IMG/VR virus record: IMGVR_UViG_3300027971_000001
Direction: 5' to 3' (one strand)
DNA length: 64,000 nt
From: a virus
Taxonomy: Duplodnaviria; Caudoviricetes
Positions 1 through 10,088 of this stretch are shown in pieces. Below the pieces are notes generated by a model. It was not told the origin of the DNA. It did no database searches and saw nothing but the letters and a program-made list of their open reading frames with translations. Each line of letters starts with the position of its first letter. Positions within the stretch are counted from its first letter, which is position 1. Both the position numbers and the translations under genes were made by a program.

Positions 1-22
1 ATTAGTTGTAAATATATATGTT

Positions 23-508
23 ATGGATCAAAAAGTCGAAGTCAAGAATTTATTAGACCAGTTGAAGGATGTACAGGCATTGTCTGAATCGCCCAGACAA
101 CCCGAAATTAAACTGGAAAAAGACCAAGTTGAGGATTTTGTAATCCAGCAATCGTCTCGTTTGATAAAGGAAACAAATGAACTCATACTTTCAATGAAGG
201 ATTATATAGCCCACAGTCCTGAAAGCAAGGAAATACTAGCAATTTCTGAACTAATTAAAGCAAGTACAGCAGCAATAGACACTTTAAATAAAATTAATTT
301 GAGTGAAAAGAAAAATCAAAATGCCAAAGAAATCAAAAAAATGGATATTGAATCTAAAAAGGAACTTAAAAATACTGAAAATGAAAGTCGCATGACTTTT
401 ACACGGGAAGAAATTCTGAAACAATTGATGCAATCTTCTGTTTCAATTGAGAGTGTTACTGTTGATGCTAAGAAATCGGAACCGTATCCAAAGCTCGCCG
501 GTTCGTAA
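23..508 (+). CDS. Hypothetical late protein, possibly terminase small subunit (gp16-like)
   Basis: 161 aa, helical. The segment EILAISELIKASTAAIDTLNK and the C-terminal TREEILKQL loosely resemble T4-type small terminases. TAAATA at 9-14 precedes the ATG. Confidence 0.35.
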   Translation: MDQKVEVKNLLDQLKDVQALSESPRQPEIKLEKDQVEDFVIQQSSRLIKETNELILSMKDYIAHSPESKEILAISELIKASTAAIDTLNKINLSEKKNQNAKEIKKMDIESKKELKNTENESRMTFTREEILKQLMQSSVSIESVTVDAKKSEPYPKLAGS

Positions 509-1322
509 ATGATGTCAAAATATCTGCGGCACGGCTTTTGAGTTGTGTTTGATACTGAACTTGTCCTTCCACTAATGTTGTTACGATTGTTGGTGGTACG
601 ACTTGAACATTTGTGGATTGGCTGTTTGGATTGTAATTTGAATAAAATTCATTTACTCTGAAGAAATCTGAAAATTCTTGTCGCAATTTTTGCGTAACAT
701 CATTTATACTTTTCATCATTCTTTGATAATGGTTATAATCAGGAATCATATTTTGTCCGTGTGATAAAGTATTTTCAGAAACTTTTTCTTGAAGATTAAA
801 TGATGAGTAACGGAAAAGACTATTAGAAGATTTTGAAAAGCTGGAGTTAACAATTTTGGCATTGTTACTGAGAGTATTTTCCATACCAGCACCATATAAT
901 GCAGGAACAGGAAGATTTTCCATATCTCGATCAGAAACCAATTGAGTCGATGAATTCGTATAATTGCTCATTCGTGCCAATGATCCAACACAATCTGATG
1001 GATTTCTATTAATTGTGGCATTTGGTCCCATTTCTAATCTTACTTGGTCTTGTACTTCAGAATATGTTGTTTTGTATTGCTTCAACCAATGAACAACAAA
1101 ATCTGTTTTAAGACTTTTTAAATCAAGATTTTTAAAAAAGTCTGTTTTTGCTTTTATCGGATCGTTTGCATAATCTGTTTTCAACCACTCTAGATGAACA
1201 TCCAATTCTTTAGGAAGATTACCAATATAATCCAAATAATTTGATGCAGACTTGTAAAAATCTTTTTTAAAAAAAAGATTAACTGATACCATTTCTGGAT
1301 CTATTGTTTTAATATTATTCAT
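468..1322 (-). CDS. Hypothetical protein at the end of the baseplate operon
   Basis: 284-aa ORF overlapping the stop of the hub gene by 4 nt; no recognisable motif. Confidence 0.6.
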   Translation of the reverse strand: MNNIKTIDPEMVSVNLFFKKDFYKSASNYLDYIGNLPKELDVHLEWLKTDYANDPIKAKTDFFKNLDLKSLKTDFVVHWLKQYKTTYSEVQDQVRLEMGPNATINRNPSDCVGSLARMSNYTNSSTQLVSDRDMENLPVPALYGAGMENTLSNNAKIVNSSFSKSSNSLFRYSSFNLQEKVSENTLSHGQNMIPDYNHYQRMMKSINDVTQKLRQEFSDFFRVNEFYSNYNPNSQSTNVQVVPPTIVTTLVEGQVQYQTQLKSRAADILTSFTNRRALDTVPIS

Positions 1323-2929
1323 GATACTTTACTGGTAAATTTCGGATCTTTATAATTATAAGTTTTCACTGCAAAAATTTCATTGTAATATTTTTGATCC
1401 ATGAACACATGTTCAACCCGAATGACCAAATATATACCCAAATTTTTATCATCGAAATAATTATCTGGTACACTGTTATGTCTTTGTATGCTTATGAATT
1501 GTCCCGCTTGACGACTTGTAACACCTTTAGTTCTGAATTTTATACAATTATTTAAAAATAATGAAGAACGCAATATGGCATTACGACCAAAAGAATATCT
1601 TTGAGTTTGACTTTCGCTGCTGATAGTGAAAATATTTTGTATATTTTGTTGTTTGAGACGATATTGATTATTTGCAAGATTTGATGCGGGTGGTTTTCCA
1701 CCAGATCCTTTTAAATTCTTAACATAATTGTTAATATAGGTTTGTTGTGCTGATTCAATATCATTGTTCGAAAAGTCTATACGGAATGTGTTTGTGCTGA
1801 AATTATGACTATGTACGGGATGTGAAACAATCTTTTCTTGAGTATCCTTTCCTGAAATGTTGGTAAATTCATATTGATTTAATATACTGGAATCATTAAA
1901 AGTCATCATGTTTCCGGCAAAATCTGGAACTCTGGATTGAACTGTGGAGGTTGTAGAATCGTCCATAGGCATGCCAAGGAAAAAACTTTCGAGCAGGGAG
2001 GGTCCAGCCGATTCACTTAAACCAAATTGAGATAAAGAAGGAGAATTTATGAATGCGGAACTGAACAAATCTTTAAAACTTTGCAATTTCCATTCTTCAG
2101 TATATCTTTCCAATCGCAAATAACAGTTGTCATAATCAGATTCAGACGAACTTACATGATAATCCAACAGATAATTCAAATCATCTATTGCTTTATATTG
2201 TGCAGGACTGCTATAAAATAATGTGCTTCCTCCAACATCCCATTTTCTAGAAATTTTAGGATTATATCCTTCTTCTGCATTAAAAACCTTTTTGATAAGA
2301 TTTTGAATCGCAGTTCCTGTCGGTATTCCCCTATCCTGATTTGACAATTTAATAACTTCTTTGTTATCAAGATAATCGGATGTTGAAAAATATGCCTGTT
2401 TTTCATTCATTATTTGATAAGTCACATCATGAAAATAAAGCTTTTTATATTTTTCATTTAAAGTATTTCCCCGAATATCTTCAGAATTATAAATTGAAAA
2501 GGTAAAACGCATATTAAAAACAATTTTATCTTTTTCATTCATTTCACCTTTTTTAATTGTTCCAGGTTTAATTTCTGGCATGATATCAACAATTAGAAAA
2601 TCCCTTGCATCACCTCTATAACGATATCCTTTGCCTACTGTTCCATTTAATGTTCCATCAACTAATGATGGAGTTTGAGAATAGCCTGGTTGCAGTGAAT
2701 TTAATGATTCAATAACATCGAATTTATTATCGTAAATTAAATAACCTTCCTGATAGAAATTGCTGATATCGTCTTCAATATACAAAGTTTTGATTGCAGA
2801 TTGTTTGATGCGCACCACATCATAATCAGGATTAAACAATAAAATGTTATAATAATATAAAATATCATTGATCTGAACAACCTGATCATTATAATTTTGA
2901 AGGTTGCTAATCGGGGCGGGCAAACTCAT
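1319..2929 (-). CDS. Baseplate hub protein (gp27/VgrG-like)
   Basis: 536 aa. N-terminal LYIEDDISNFYQEGYL and C-terminal GQFISIQR...GIYLVIRVEHVF pattern typical of hub proteins; baseplate gene context. Confidence 0.6.
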   Translation of the reverse strand: MSLPAPISNLQNYNDQVVQINDILYYYNILLFNPDYDVVRIKQSAIKTLYIEDDISNFYQEGYLIYDNKFDVIESLNSLQPGYSQTPSLVDGTLNGTVGKGYRYRGDARDFLIVDIMPEIKPGTIKKGEMNEKDKIVFNMRFTFSIYNSEDIRGNTLNEKYKKLYFHDVTYQIMNEKQAYFSTSDYLDNKEVIKLSNQDRGIPTGTAIQNLIKKVFNAEEGYNPKISRKWDVGGSTLFYSSPAQYKAIDDLNYLLDYHVSSSESDYDNCYLRLERYTEEWKLQSFKDLFSSAFINSPSLSQFGLSESAGPSLLESFFLGMPMDDSTTSTVQSRVPDFAGNMMTFNDSSILNQYEFTNISGKDTQEKIVSHPVHSHNFSTNTFRIDFSNNDIESAQQTYINNYVKNLKGSGGKPPASNLANNQYRLKQQNIQNIFTISSESQTQRYSFGRNAILRSSLFLNNCIKFRTKGVTSRQAGQFISIQRHNSVPDNYFDDKNLGIYLVIRVEHVFMDQKYYNEIFAVKTYNYKDPKFTSKVS

Positions 2930-3297
2930 AAGTTAATATTTTTTTGTATTATATTTAAGACTGTTGCCAAATAATTTTTTCTAATAACTTTAAGTTCAGC
3001 TCCAGGTTCAACAAATTTTATAGGATTGTTTATTTTATTTACAAGACATATGAACCACCACAAGTCTATTGTTCCATATTGTTCATAACTTATGGTTGTC
3101 CACGGTATTTTTCGGTTTAATTTTATTATATAATAAAATTGTTGATCAATATTGTCTGGAACAATAATATTATTCAAAATATTATAAAAATAAATAGAAT
3201 TCGGATCTTTATACAATTTAAAAATATTTTCATACCGTGTTGAATCCAAAGGAAACAAATCCGGGATATCATTTTGTTGTTTTCCAAAATCTATCAT
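2926..3297 (-). CDS. Baseplate wedge protein gp53-like (LysM-like)
   Basis: WTTISYEQYGTIDLWWFICLVNKINNP...GAELKV matches the gp53/LysM pattern. Confidence 0.75.
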   Translation of the reverse strand: MIDFGKQQNDIPDLFPLDSTRYENIFKLYKDPNSIYFYNILNNIIVPDNIDQQFYYIIKLNRKIPWTTISYEQYGTIDLWWFICLVNKINNPIKFVEPGAELKVIRKNYLATVLNIIQKNINL

Positions 3298-3299
3298 AA

Positions 3300-4532
3300 T
3301 TATATTCCTCCTGTGGTAGTTACACTTACAGGATCTGCATTTAATGATGTGTAAAGGAAATTACGAGTTTCAGAAACCAATCCTTTAAGTGTGATTTGTA
3401 TGCTATAACCATCTGGAATAATTGTATTAACACTGTTTTGACCTTGACCCAGACTGCTTTCATCCTTGAATGTTATATTCATTGGACGGCGAGATCCCTG
3501 GAATTGAACTTCCAATCTGCTCACATAAGCATATGGCATATATTTTATACCTGGAAGTGAAACTTCATAAATTACAGGCGGTTCAATCAAATCTCGTGTA
3601 AAACGAATAGGACGGTTTTGATAAACCATAAGATATATGAATTGCCAATTTCTTACTACATCCTCATAAGTGGCATGACCAGTATTCAAAAGAGGAAATT
3701 GGATGGTAACCTCATCTCCGCTATCTTGGAATTGATAAAATTTAGGTTTTTCAATATATGTTCCTGGTTCCATTATATTGATTGCTCCGGCCATACTTTC
3801 AGCCAATGCCCGACTTCCTGCTACAAGTTCTGATGCTCCTCCTGCAAATATACCCTCTCCTATACCTCCTACATTTGCATCACCAAAGTCATTTGAAACA
3901 CCATTTTGATAATCTTCAAAATAAGGAAGAACGTATTCCCATCCTGTAGGTTCTGTAATATATAAACCTTCATAAACACGCAACACATTTCGAGAACCTT
4001 GATTTTGAGGAAGACTAAAAAGACCATCACCTCCTAAGAAATTATTGAATTTTTCTTTAGCTCCACCTATTAATGAACCGAGTTTGTCTATCGTACTTCC
4101 GGTAGGTCCAGATTGAAGAAAATTCTGAACTTTTTGAAGCTGTTCGCTCAATTGACCTTGTGTAACAGTATCCAAAGATCGTCCTGCCCTTTGCAACAAT
4201 CCAGTTTTATCAAACAAACCTACAGTCATTGAGTTATAAGCCGCTTGAGCAATAAGTGCATTCGTTTTTAGACGTTTTTCACTTAAAGCAATATAAGGAA
4301 CTTCTTCTCGCTTGGTTAAAGGGGTATGAGTCCAATATAAACCATTTATAACATCAACAAGAAATTTATCACCTATTCGAAGACGTTGTGAGGATCCTTG
4401 TGCAATCGAAGATCCTACAGAATAACCAGCTCCTACCAAAACAGGAGGAGCTGAATCGCCAGTAACATCCCTTCCTTCAAAATTGATGGGATTGTCTGCA
4501 AATTTCCAAATATCTCCTACAAAATCTGACAT
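3300..4532 (-). CDS. Baseplate tail-tube cap/initiator (gp48-like)
   Basis: Tube-fold C-terminal half (IQFPLLN...EPPVIYEVSLPG...AYVSRLEVQF); lies between tape measure and gp53-like genes. Confidence 0.55.
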   Translation of the reverse strand: MSDFVGDIWKFADNPINFEGRDVTGDSAPPVLVGAGYSVGSSIAQGSSQRLRIGDKFLVDVINGLYWTHTPLTKREEVPYIALSEKRLKTNALIAQAAYNSMTVGLFDKTGLLQRAGRSLDTVTQGQLSEQLQKVQNFLQSGPTGSTIDKLGSLIGGAKEKFNNFLGGDGLFSLPQNQGSRNVLRVYEGLYITEPTGWEYVLPYFEDYQNGVSNDFGDANVGGIGEGIFAGGASELVAGSRALAESMAGAINIMEPGTYIEKPKFYQFQDSGDEVTIQFPLLNTGHATYEDVVRNWQFIYLMVYQNRPIRFTRDLIEPPVIYEVSLPGIKYMPYAYVSRLEVQFQGSRRPMNITFKDESSLGQGQNSVNTIIPDGYSIQITLKGLVSETRNFLYTSLNADPVSVTTTGGI

Positions 4533-4534
4533 AA

Positions 4535-6421
4535 TTAATTACCTCTGTATCCTTTTCTCAAATCAAAAACTGAAGTTGATTGGGGAAAACTGTTTTGTGT
4601 GCTTTGGTTGATAACATTATTGACAACATTCTTTCCGTTTGCCAATTGTTCCATCAACATATCAAATTTTTGATTTAATGTTTTGAATTCACGCAATTGA
4701 TCTACTGCTATCTTGTTGTTAACAGTATTTGTTTTATTGAGATTGCCCATTTGATCACCAAACATTGAAAAAGCTTCAGACGGATTGTTTTCAATTTTAG
4801 ATACTAAATTTTCAAAATTAAACCCATTTGTTTTATTTAAATTATTCATTTCATCGGTGAACACTGAAAAAGGTTTTGATAAATCATTTAAATTTCTATT
4901 AGCCATATTTGTTTCTGAAGAAACATCAAATATAGGCGTTGTAGCAACTGCAGGTGTAGGCATTTCTGTTATTTGTGATTCTGATGCTATGGCTTTTAAT
5001 TCCTCACCTACTTTTTTCATGAAAGGAATCTGGGATATTTTGTCAGCCAAAGACTTTATACCATCCCAAATCATGACAAAAAAGTTCTTTATATAACCAA
5101 AGAATTTTGATGCCAATGATGCTATTTCTTTCATTAACGGTGCAATATATTCAAAGGTTTTTTTAAGAATATTAAACGCACCGACAACAGGACCGCCTAA
5201 AAGATTTAATATTGGAGTTATGTATGGACCAAATTTTTCCCCTATAGCTTTAAAAAGATTTATAATAGGATCAAAAATATTTCCTATTCTTTTTGCGATA
5301 GCTGTGTAAAATTTTCCTAAATCAAATCTATCAAAGAAATCACTAATTTTCTTTCCCAGATCTTTATCAAACCAACCTATAATCCAACCAACTATTTTTC
5401 CGGGTATGGAAATGATTACAGATGAAAGTTGATTTCCTATTTGTGACAATCCTTGTAACCATTTTCCTTCCCGAAACGGCTTAAATATCTCTTCTATCCG
5501 ATCCCTGATAGTTTCAAACTTAAAAAGATCCAAACCAAAAATTTCAAAGAAATCAAAAAAGTTTAACAATCCTTTTGTAAGACCTGTAACTACTTTTTGA
5601 AGAAATGATTTGTCTTTAAGCTTAGGATCATTAAATGCTTCAACCAATCCAACAATAACTTCAAAAAGAGCCAAAACAGGTCCTAAAATTTTACCAACCA
5701 ACCTTCCTATTTTGGATCCAACTTGAAAAACTTTAAATGCTATTCTTATATAATCTTCAAACAATCTAAAAAAGGTCGGAAATGCTTTCATCATAAGCAA
5801 AGGACCTTTTCCACCTTCAACTATTTTGAAAACTCTTCCTATAGTTTCAAACAATTTAGCTATAGGTTTAATAACCTTTTCTTTTAAAGCATCTTCAATA
5901 AATTTTACAAATTTTGTTTCACGTATAGGTTTTAACAATTCAAGAATTTTAAGTTTTATAGCAGAAAAAATTTCTTTTATGAATTTTCCTAATTTGGTTT
6001 CACTTAAAAATAATTTTAATCCTTTTAACATCTTTACTATTTCTGCAATAGCTCCGGATACAATACCAGCTAAAAGTGCAAGTGCACCTAAAAGTGCTTT
6101 TATCCACTTATTAGATTTTTCTTCAATTTTTGCCAATGTAGGTGAAAGAACAAGATCTTTAATTTCTTTTTGTTTAAATTCAGGTCTTCCCACTTTTTCT
6201 TCACCTTTGGGAAATACAATATCTTTGATTGATTTGGCAAGAATTTTCGACATTGTTTCCCACCGACGTTTTTCAGTAGTTGAAAGAGTAGAAGACAATT
6301 TATCGTCCTCATTTACTATAGTATCCCCCTTTTCATCCCCCTTCTTTCTGTCAAAAGAAGCCAATTTATCTACTGTTTGGGATAAGGTTTTTAAGAGATT
6401 GATTGTCTCTTCATTAGTCAT
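4535..6421 (-). CDS. Tape measure protein (gp29-like)
   Basis: 628 aa with long amphipathic helical F/I/K/G-rich repeats; baseplate context; TAAATA 6 nt upstream. Confidence 0.65.
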   Translation of the reverse strand: MTNEETINLLKTLSQTVDKLASFDRKKGDEKGDTIVNEDDKLSSTLSTTEKRRWETMSKILAKSIKDIVFPKGEEKVGRPEFKQKEIKDLVLSPTLAKIEEKSNKWIKALLGALALLAGIVSGAIAEIVKMLKGLKLFLSETKLGKFIKEIFSAIKLKILELLKPIRETKFVKFIEDALKEKVIKPIAKLFETIGRVFKIVEGGKGPLLMMKAFPTFFRLFEDYIRIAFKVFQVGSKIGRLVGKILGPVLALFEVIVGLVEAFNDPKLKDKSFLQKVVTGLTKGLLNFFDFFEIFGLDLFKFETIRDRIEEIFKPFREGKWLQGLSQIGNQLSSVIISIPGKIVGWIIGWFDKDLGKKISDFFDRFDLGKFYTAIAKRIGNIFDPIINLFKAIGEKFGPYITPILNLLGGPVVGAFNILKKTFEYIAPLMKEIASLASKFFGYIKNFFVMIWDGIKSLADKISQIPFMKKVGEELKAIASESQITEMPTPAVATTPIFDVSSETNMANRNLNDLSKPFSVFTDEMNNLNKTNGFNFENLVSKIENNPSEAFSMFGDQMGNLNKTNTVNNKIAVDQLREFKTLNQKFDMLMEQLANGKNVVNNVINQSTQNSFPQSTSVFDLRKGYRGN

Positions 6422-6448
6422 CCAAAATATTTATTAAAAAATATCTTT

Positions 6449-7225
6449 TTAGACGTTAGAGAAGAAACTTGTATCTAGGTTCAAATCAACAGTTTGCTCA
6501 CCTATTTTCTGGCTGGTTATATTATTTTCCAAATTCTTGATATTTGCAATAAATCCGAGTATCTTTTGAACCAAAGAAGCCGTTAAACTTTCAACTGTCT
6601 TTATATTTTGAGCCACTGTTTGACTTTTAAGATCAATAACAATCGGTTCTTTTTCTGTTAGTTCTATACTGGTTATATACTTGGCAATTTCCAGTATATA
6701 AATTTCACTAAGAAGCTTTTGAATCTTTGAATCATTTTCAAATTCTGCAGAACGATACTTCAGATAGGAATCCAAAGTCTTATTCTCATATTCAATTGTT
6801 GGTACCGAACAGTTAACTGTAATAGGACCTTGAGAAAAAGTTTCATTATATTTTACTTCAATATTTTTATCAAAATTATCCAATATGGTTTGAAGATTTA
6901 CCTCGATATTTTGACCATCCTTTTCAATCTTTTGATTAGGACCAAAAGAATGAACACGCAATGCCAATACAATCAATGCCCGGTCACTAACAAGCATGTT
7001 TTTATCCTCACCATTATCCAAAAGAATGCTGTTTACTGCTTTAGGATACAAGAAAGCTGCCTTAGAACCTGATGCAGCAGCTTCAATCAGATCCTTTTGT
7101 TGCTTGGCAGTAAGCGGTGTGAACTTGCGAGTTTCTTTTTTGCTCAATACAAGACAATCCACCTTGTCTGAATTGGAATACTCTTTTAATTTACTTAAAA
7201 CTTTATCTAAATTGACTTCTGCCAT
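6449..7225 (-). CDS. Baseplate hub assembly protein (gp26-like)
   Basis: KFTPLTAKQQKDL...DRALIVLALRVHSFG resembles gp26. The ATG at 7225 is preferred to the TTG at 7240. Confidence 0.55.
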   Translation of the reverse strand: MAEVNLDKVLSKLKEYSNSDKVDCLVLSKKETRKFTPLTAKQQKDLIEAAASGSKAAFLYPKAVNSILLDNGEDKNMLVSDRALIVLALRVHSFGPNQKIEKDGQNIEVNLQTILDNFDKNIEVKYNETFSQGPITVNCSVPTIEYENKTLDSYLKYRSAEFENDSKIQKLLSEIYILEIAKYITSIELTEKEPIVIDLKSQTVAQNIKTVESLTASLVQKILGFIANIKNLENNITSQKIGEQTVDLNLDTSFFSNV

Positions 7226-7253
7226 AAAATTAATTAGCAATCAAGCCTGTTTT

Positions 7254-8099
7254 TCAAGGGCTATTCTTTTTTTGCATCTCTTCTATTGTTTGTAATTCCT
7301 TTTTGTAAAGATTAAGATGCAATTCTGCTTCATTAATTGACATATTTTGTAAATCGGATAGAGAAAAACGCAGTCTTCTTATCAAAATATACTCCAATTC
7401 ATATATATTCATCAAATCATAGTTGAAAATGGCCAAAAGATATTGAATTACAGACTCATTATATGGATTTAATGTTATATTTTTAAAATCTTTTATTTCA
7501 ATATCTTCAAAAAGCTTAATTTGATCTAATAATTTTATTATTTTTTGATTATATTTTAATATTTCACCGGAAAATGATGCATCCAACATGCTTAATATGT
7601 TTTGTTTATCGGAACTTTTTATATTTTTAAAATCTATTTGTTCATGATCCACCCTAAGATACTTTATATTACGAGAAATTACATCGAAATCCTCGTCAGA
7701 TATCAAATTATAAGGAAGATCCACACAAAGTTCTATATTTTTATTATAAAAACATTCTTCTTGGCACTCTTTGATTGTACCGGAATAGTTTAGGATGCGA
7801 TTTATACGATGTTTGTATGTTACAGGCTGATCTTTTTCATTTTTTCCTGACAAAGTTATGGTATCACCATATGAATATGATCTTAATTGGCATAAAATAG
7901 CCAACATATCGATGATATTAAACCTTTTTTCGCCCTGAGAATTGGCTTCTATGATGCTTTCCATGCATTTTGAAAACCCCAACACATCATTATTCTGTAT
8001 GTATTTGCTGATGGTTTTGCTTGTGGAAAAGTCTATTTCCCGGAAATATTCGTATTTTCCAGTTGAAGGTATGAGCACCTTACAAAGAAAATTTTTCAT
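7254..8099 (-). CDS. gp26-like hub assembly protein with gp51-like C-terminus
   Basis: DMLAILCQLRSYSYG is gp26-like; YELEYILIRRLRFSLSDLQNMSINEAELHL is gp51-like. Confidence 0.55.
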   Translation of the reverse strand: MKNFLCKVLIPSTGKYEYFREIDFSTSKTISKYIQNNDVLGFSKCMESIIEANSQGEKRFNIIDMLAILCQLRSYSYGDTITLSGKNEKDQPVTYKHRINRILNYSGTIKECQEECFYNKNIELCVDLPYNLISDEDFDVISRNIKYLRVDHEQIDFKNIKSSDKQNILSMLDASFSGEILKYNQKIIKLLDQIKLFEDIEIKDFKNITLNPYNESVIQYLLAIFNYDLMNIYELEYILIRRLRFSLSDLQNMSINEAELHLNLYKKELQTIEEMQKKNSP

Positions 8100-8102
8100 A
8101 GA

Positions 8103-9026
8103 TTAAAAGAAACCTTGGAAATTCGTAGGCAGATTGGCAGATGTAAAGCTATTTCCATTTTGGAAAGGTGAAACATTCGGAATTGTTCCAGTACTGATTC
8201 GATTAATGATGTTTGGAAGCGGAATATACAGATTGGAATGCACAGTATAATTGGTATAAGTCCAATATGTGGCATATTTCTCATATTCAGTATCAGGAGA
8301 ATAGGTTAAACTTTGGTCAACAAGTCCGGTTGGAACACAATTATAGAATGTCCAAACTTTACGAGGTATTTGACTGACTTTTTGATAAGAACGTGTGTAT
8401 TGAAGAATTGTTACAGTACATTTTATGTTGCGTATATCGTTATCACCACCAGGACGTGCCACAAAACCATAATGACTGGCCAATATTACCCATGGACGAA
8501 TGACCATGTCCATAAAAGATGTGTTTGTTTCTCGAAATTCAATAACAAGAGGCAACCCAGAATACCCTGTTCGGTCACCAGCAATAAGACCTGGAACAAA
8601 TCCTCGATTATTTTTGATTGCTAGATTCTGAACATCATATTTTTCATTAGGAATATTAACTCCTTGAGCAAAAAGACAGCCCACCACCTTTTGGTAAAAG
8701 TAACTTGTTAATATTCCTTTTGGTTGAGAAACGTCCCAACCTTTTTTGTCTCCGCCTACATATTCAAGATTTTGAATAATGTCGGATGAAATAGCCCTTG
8801 GATATGTATCTATCAAAACAACCCATTGACTGTTTAAAGGAATTGAACTGAACCAACTCTCCATTTGTGTCAGGAAATATTCCTGTGCACTGATAAGGGG
8901 AACACCTGGTATATTGAAACCGAAAAGACTGCTTACTTGTGGAGCAAAAAGAGGATTTGTGCCAGTGGCCAAACCACGAATATTACTTCCTAAACTGCGT
9001 ATAGCATCTGTTACTGGATTATTGAT
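8103..9026 (-). CDS. Tail-tube-fold minor protein (gp54/gp19-like); start uncertain (ATC at 9026 or TTG at 8972)
   Basis: IEFRETNTSFMDMVIRPW...KVWTFYNCVP is a tube fold. The frame stays open to 9047, and GGAGG lies 8 nt before the ATC at 9026. Confidence 0.65.
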   Translation of the reverse strand: MNNPVTDAIRSLGSNIRGLATGTNPLFAPQVSSLFGFNIPGVPLISAQEYFLTQMESWFSSIPLNSQWVVLIDTYPRAISSDIIQNLEYVGGDKKGWDVSQPKGILTSYFYQKVVGCLFAQGVNIPNEKYDVQNLAIKNNRGFVPGLIAGDRTGYSGLPLVIEFRETNTSFMDMVIRPWVILASHYGFVARPGGDNDIRNIKCTVTILQYTRSYQKVSQIPRKVWTFYNCVPTGLVDQSLTYSPDTEYEKYATYWTYTNYTVHSNLYIPLPNIINRISTGTIPNVSPFQNGNSFTSANLPTNFQGFF

Positions 9027-9035
9027 ATGATTATC

Positions 9036-9056
9036 CTCCTCTAATATTTAGAGGAG
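9036..9056 (-). promoter_or_regulatory. Hairpin containing a late promoter core and sequestering a Shine-Dalgarno
   Basis: Minus strand CTCCTCTAA-ATA-TTAGAGGAG is a perfect 9-bp stem. TAAATA spans the loop and AGAGGAG is in the 3' arm. Confidence 0.6.
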
Positions 9057-9060
9057 TATA

Positions 9061-9612
9061 TTAACTTTGATAGGTTCTGCGGAAATATTGATAAGCAACA
9101 GTGACTGTGAATGTTACGAATTCACCACCATTGGTAATATCATATTCCAGAGGTCCAACATTACGAGGAGAAACACCGACCAACTGATATTGCGAAACGC
9201 GATTCAATTGGTTGTCTAATTGAACCAAATCAATGACGGCTGTTTGCTTGGCGGCAAAATAGTTACCAGTGCTTGTGACATCATCAAAAACATCTCGTGT
9301 CCAATCTTCAAACTTTTGACGAAGATTGCTCTTTTGATCGCAATAAAATTCCATTGCATAAGCTTCGGAGCCAGGATATTTTGCACTACCAGGAATATGG
9401 AAATCCAATCCCATGTAAGGAACTGTTACTTCAGTGATTTCACGGGCAGGAAGTGAAGCGGTACGAACATAAACCAAATCATCTTCGTTCCAAACTTGGC
9501 TGCTTGAGTCACCCGCATTAATATTAATAACACGGAAATTAAATTTACGTGAAAAATCACGTTCAGTTACTATACGGTAAAAATTCTGAATTGTTTGTTG
9601 TGTGGCTGCCAT
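9061..9612 (-). CDS. gp19: Tail tube protein
   Basis: RKFNFRV...YVRTASLPAREI..VTVPYMG...PG...MEFYCD...LRQKFEDW, a classic gp19 pattern; downstream of the sheath gene. Confidence 0.9.
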   Translation of the reverse strand: MAATQQTIQNFYRIVTERDFSRKFNFRVININAGDSSSQVWNEDDLVYVRTASLPAREITEVTVPYMGLDFHIPGSAKYPGSEAYAMEFYCDQKSNLRQKFEDWTRDVFDDVTSTGNYFAAKQTAVIDLVQLDNQLNRVSQYQLVGVSPRNVGPLEYDITNGGEFVTFTVTVAYQYFRRTYQS

Positions 9613-9622
9613 ATATTATTAT

Positions 9623-10021
9623 TTATTCTAAAGTTAACAAATACTTTAATTTATTTAGTTCTGCAACGATTTCTTCTACAATATTTTGTGCATCGGTGTC
9701 ATTTGCATTTAAGATTGGACATTCTTTATTTGTTAAAATTCCTATATATTGATTTATTTTTGCCAAAATATTGTCATTAGAATATGGCTCTATAGTCAAA
9801 TTTATGGGTTTATACTCGTAACTACGATAACGACCTAGTAAAGCTTCCACCAATTTATCAAAAGCTTTTGCTAAATCTTTTCCTATTTTATCAAACGCTT
9901 CGTGTTGGGCAAAGCTAAAAGTTTGCCAATGAAACAACTTTAACTGGGCACTGCATTCCAAAGCAAGAGTTATAATATATGAAGGATCGTAACTTTGTTG
10001 GATTTTAATTACTTTTATCAC
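9623..10021 (-). CDS. Ferritin/Dps-like four-helix protein (DUF5856-like)
   Basis: QLKLFHWQT...QHEAFD...DKLVE...KLKYLLTL. GTG at 10021 lies 5 nt after TATAAATA; the track start at 10054 falls inside the terminator. Confidence 0.7.
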   Translation of the reverse strand: MIKVIKIQQSYDPSYIITLALECSAQLKLFHWQTFSFAQHEAFDKIGKDLAKAFDKLVEALLGRYRSYEYKPINLTIEPYSNDNILAKINQYIGILTNKECPILNANDTDAQNIVEEIVAELNKLKYLLTLE

Positions 10022-10037
10022 GTTTATATTTATAACA

Positions 10038-10068
10038 AAACACCCCTCTTTCAATAAGAGGGGTGTTT
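10038..10068 (-). terminator. Intrinsic terminator after the sheath gene
   Basis: AAACACCCCTCTT / AAGAGGGGTGTTT 13-bp inverted repeat, T-rich on the minus strand. Confidence 0.8.
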
Positions 10069-10088
10069 CATAATTTTATATATTATTA

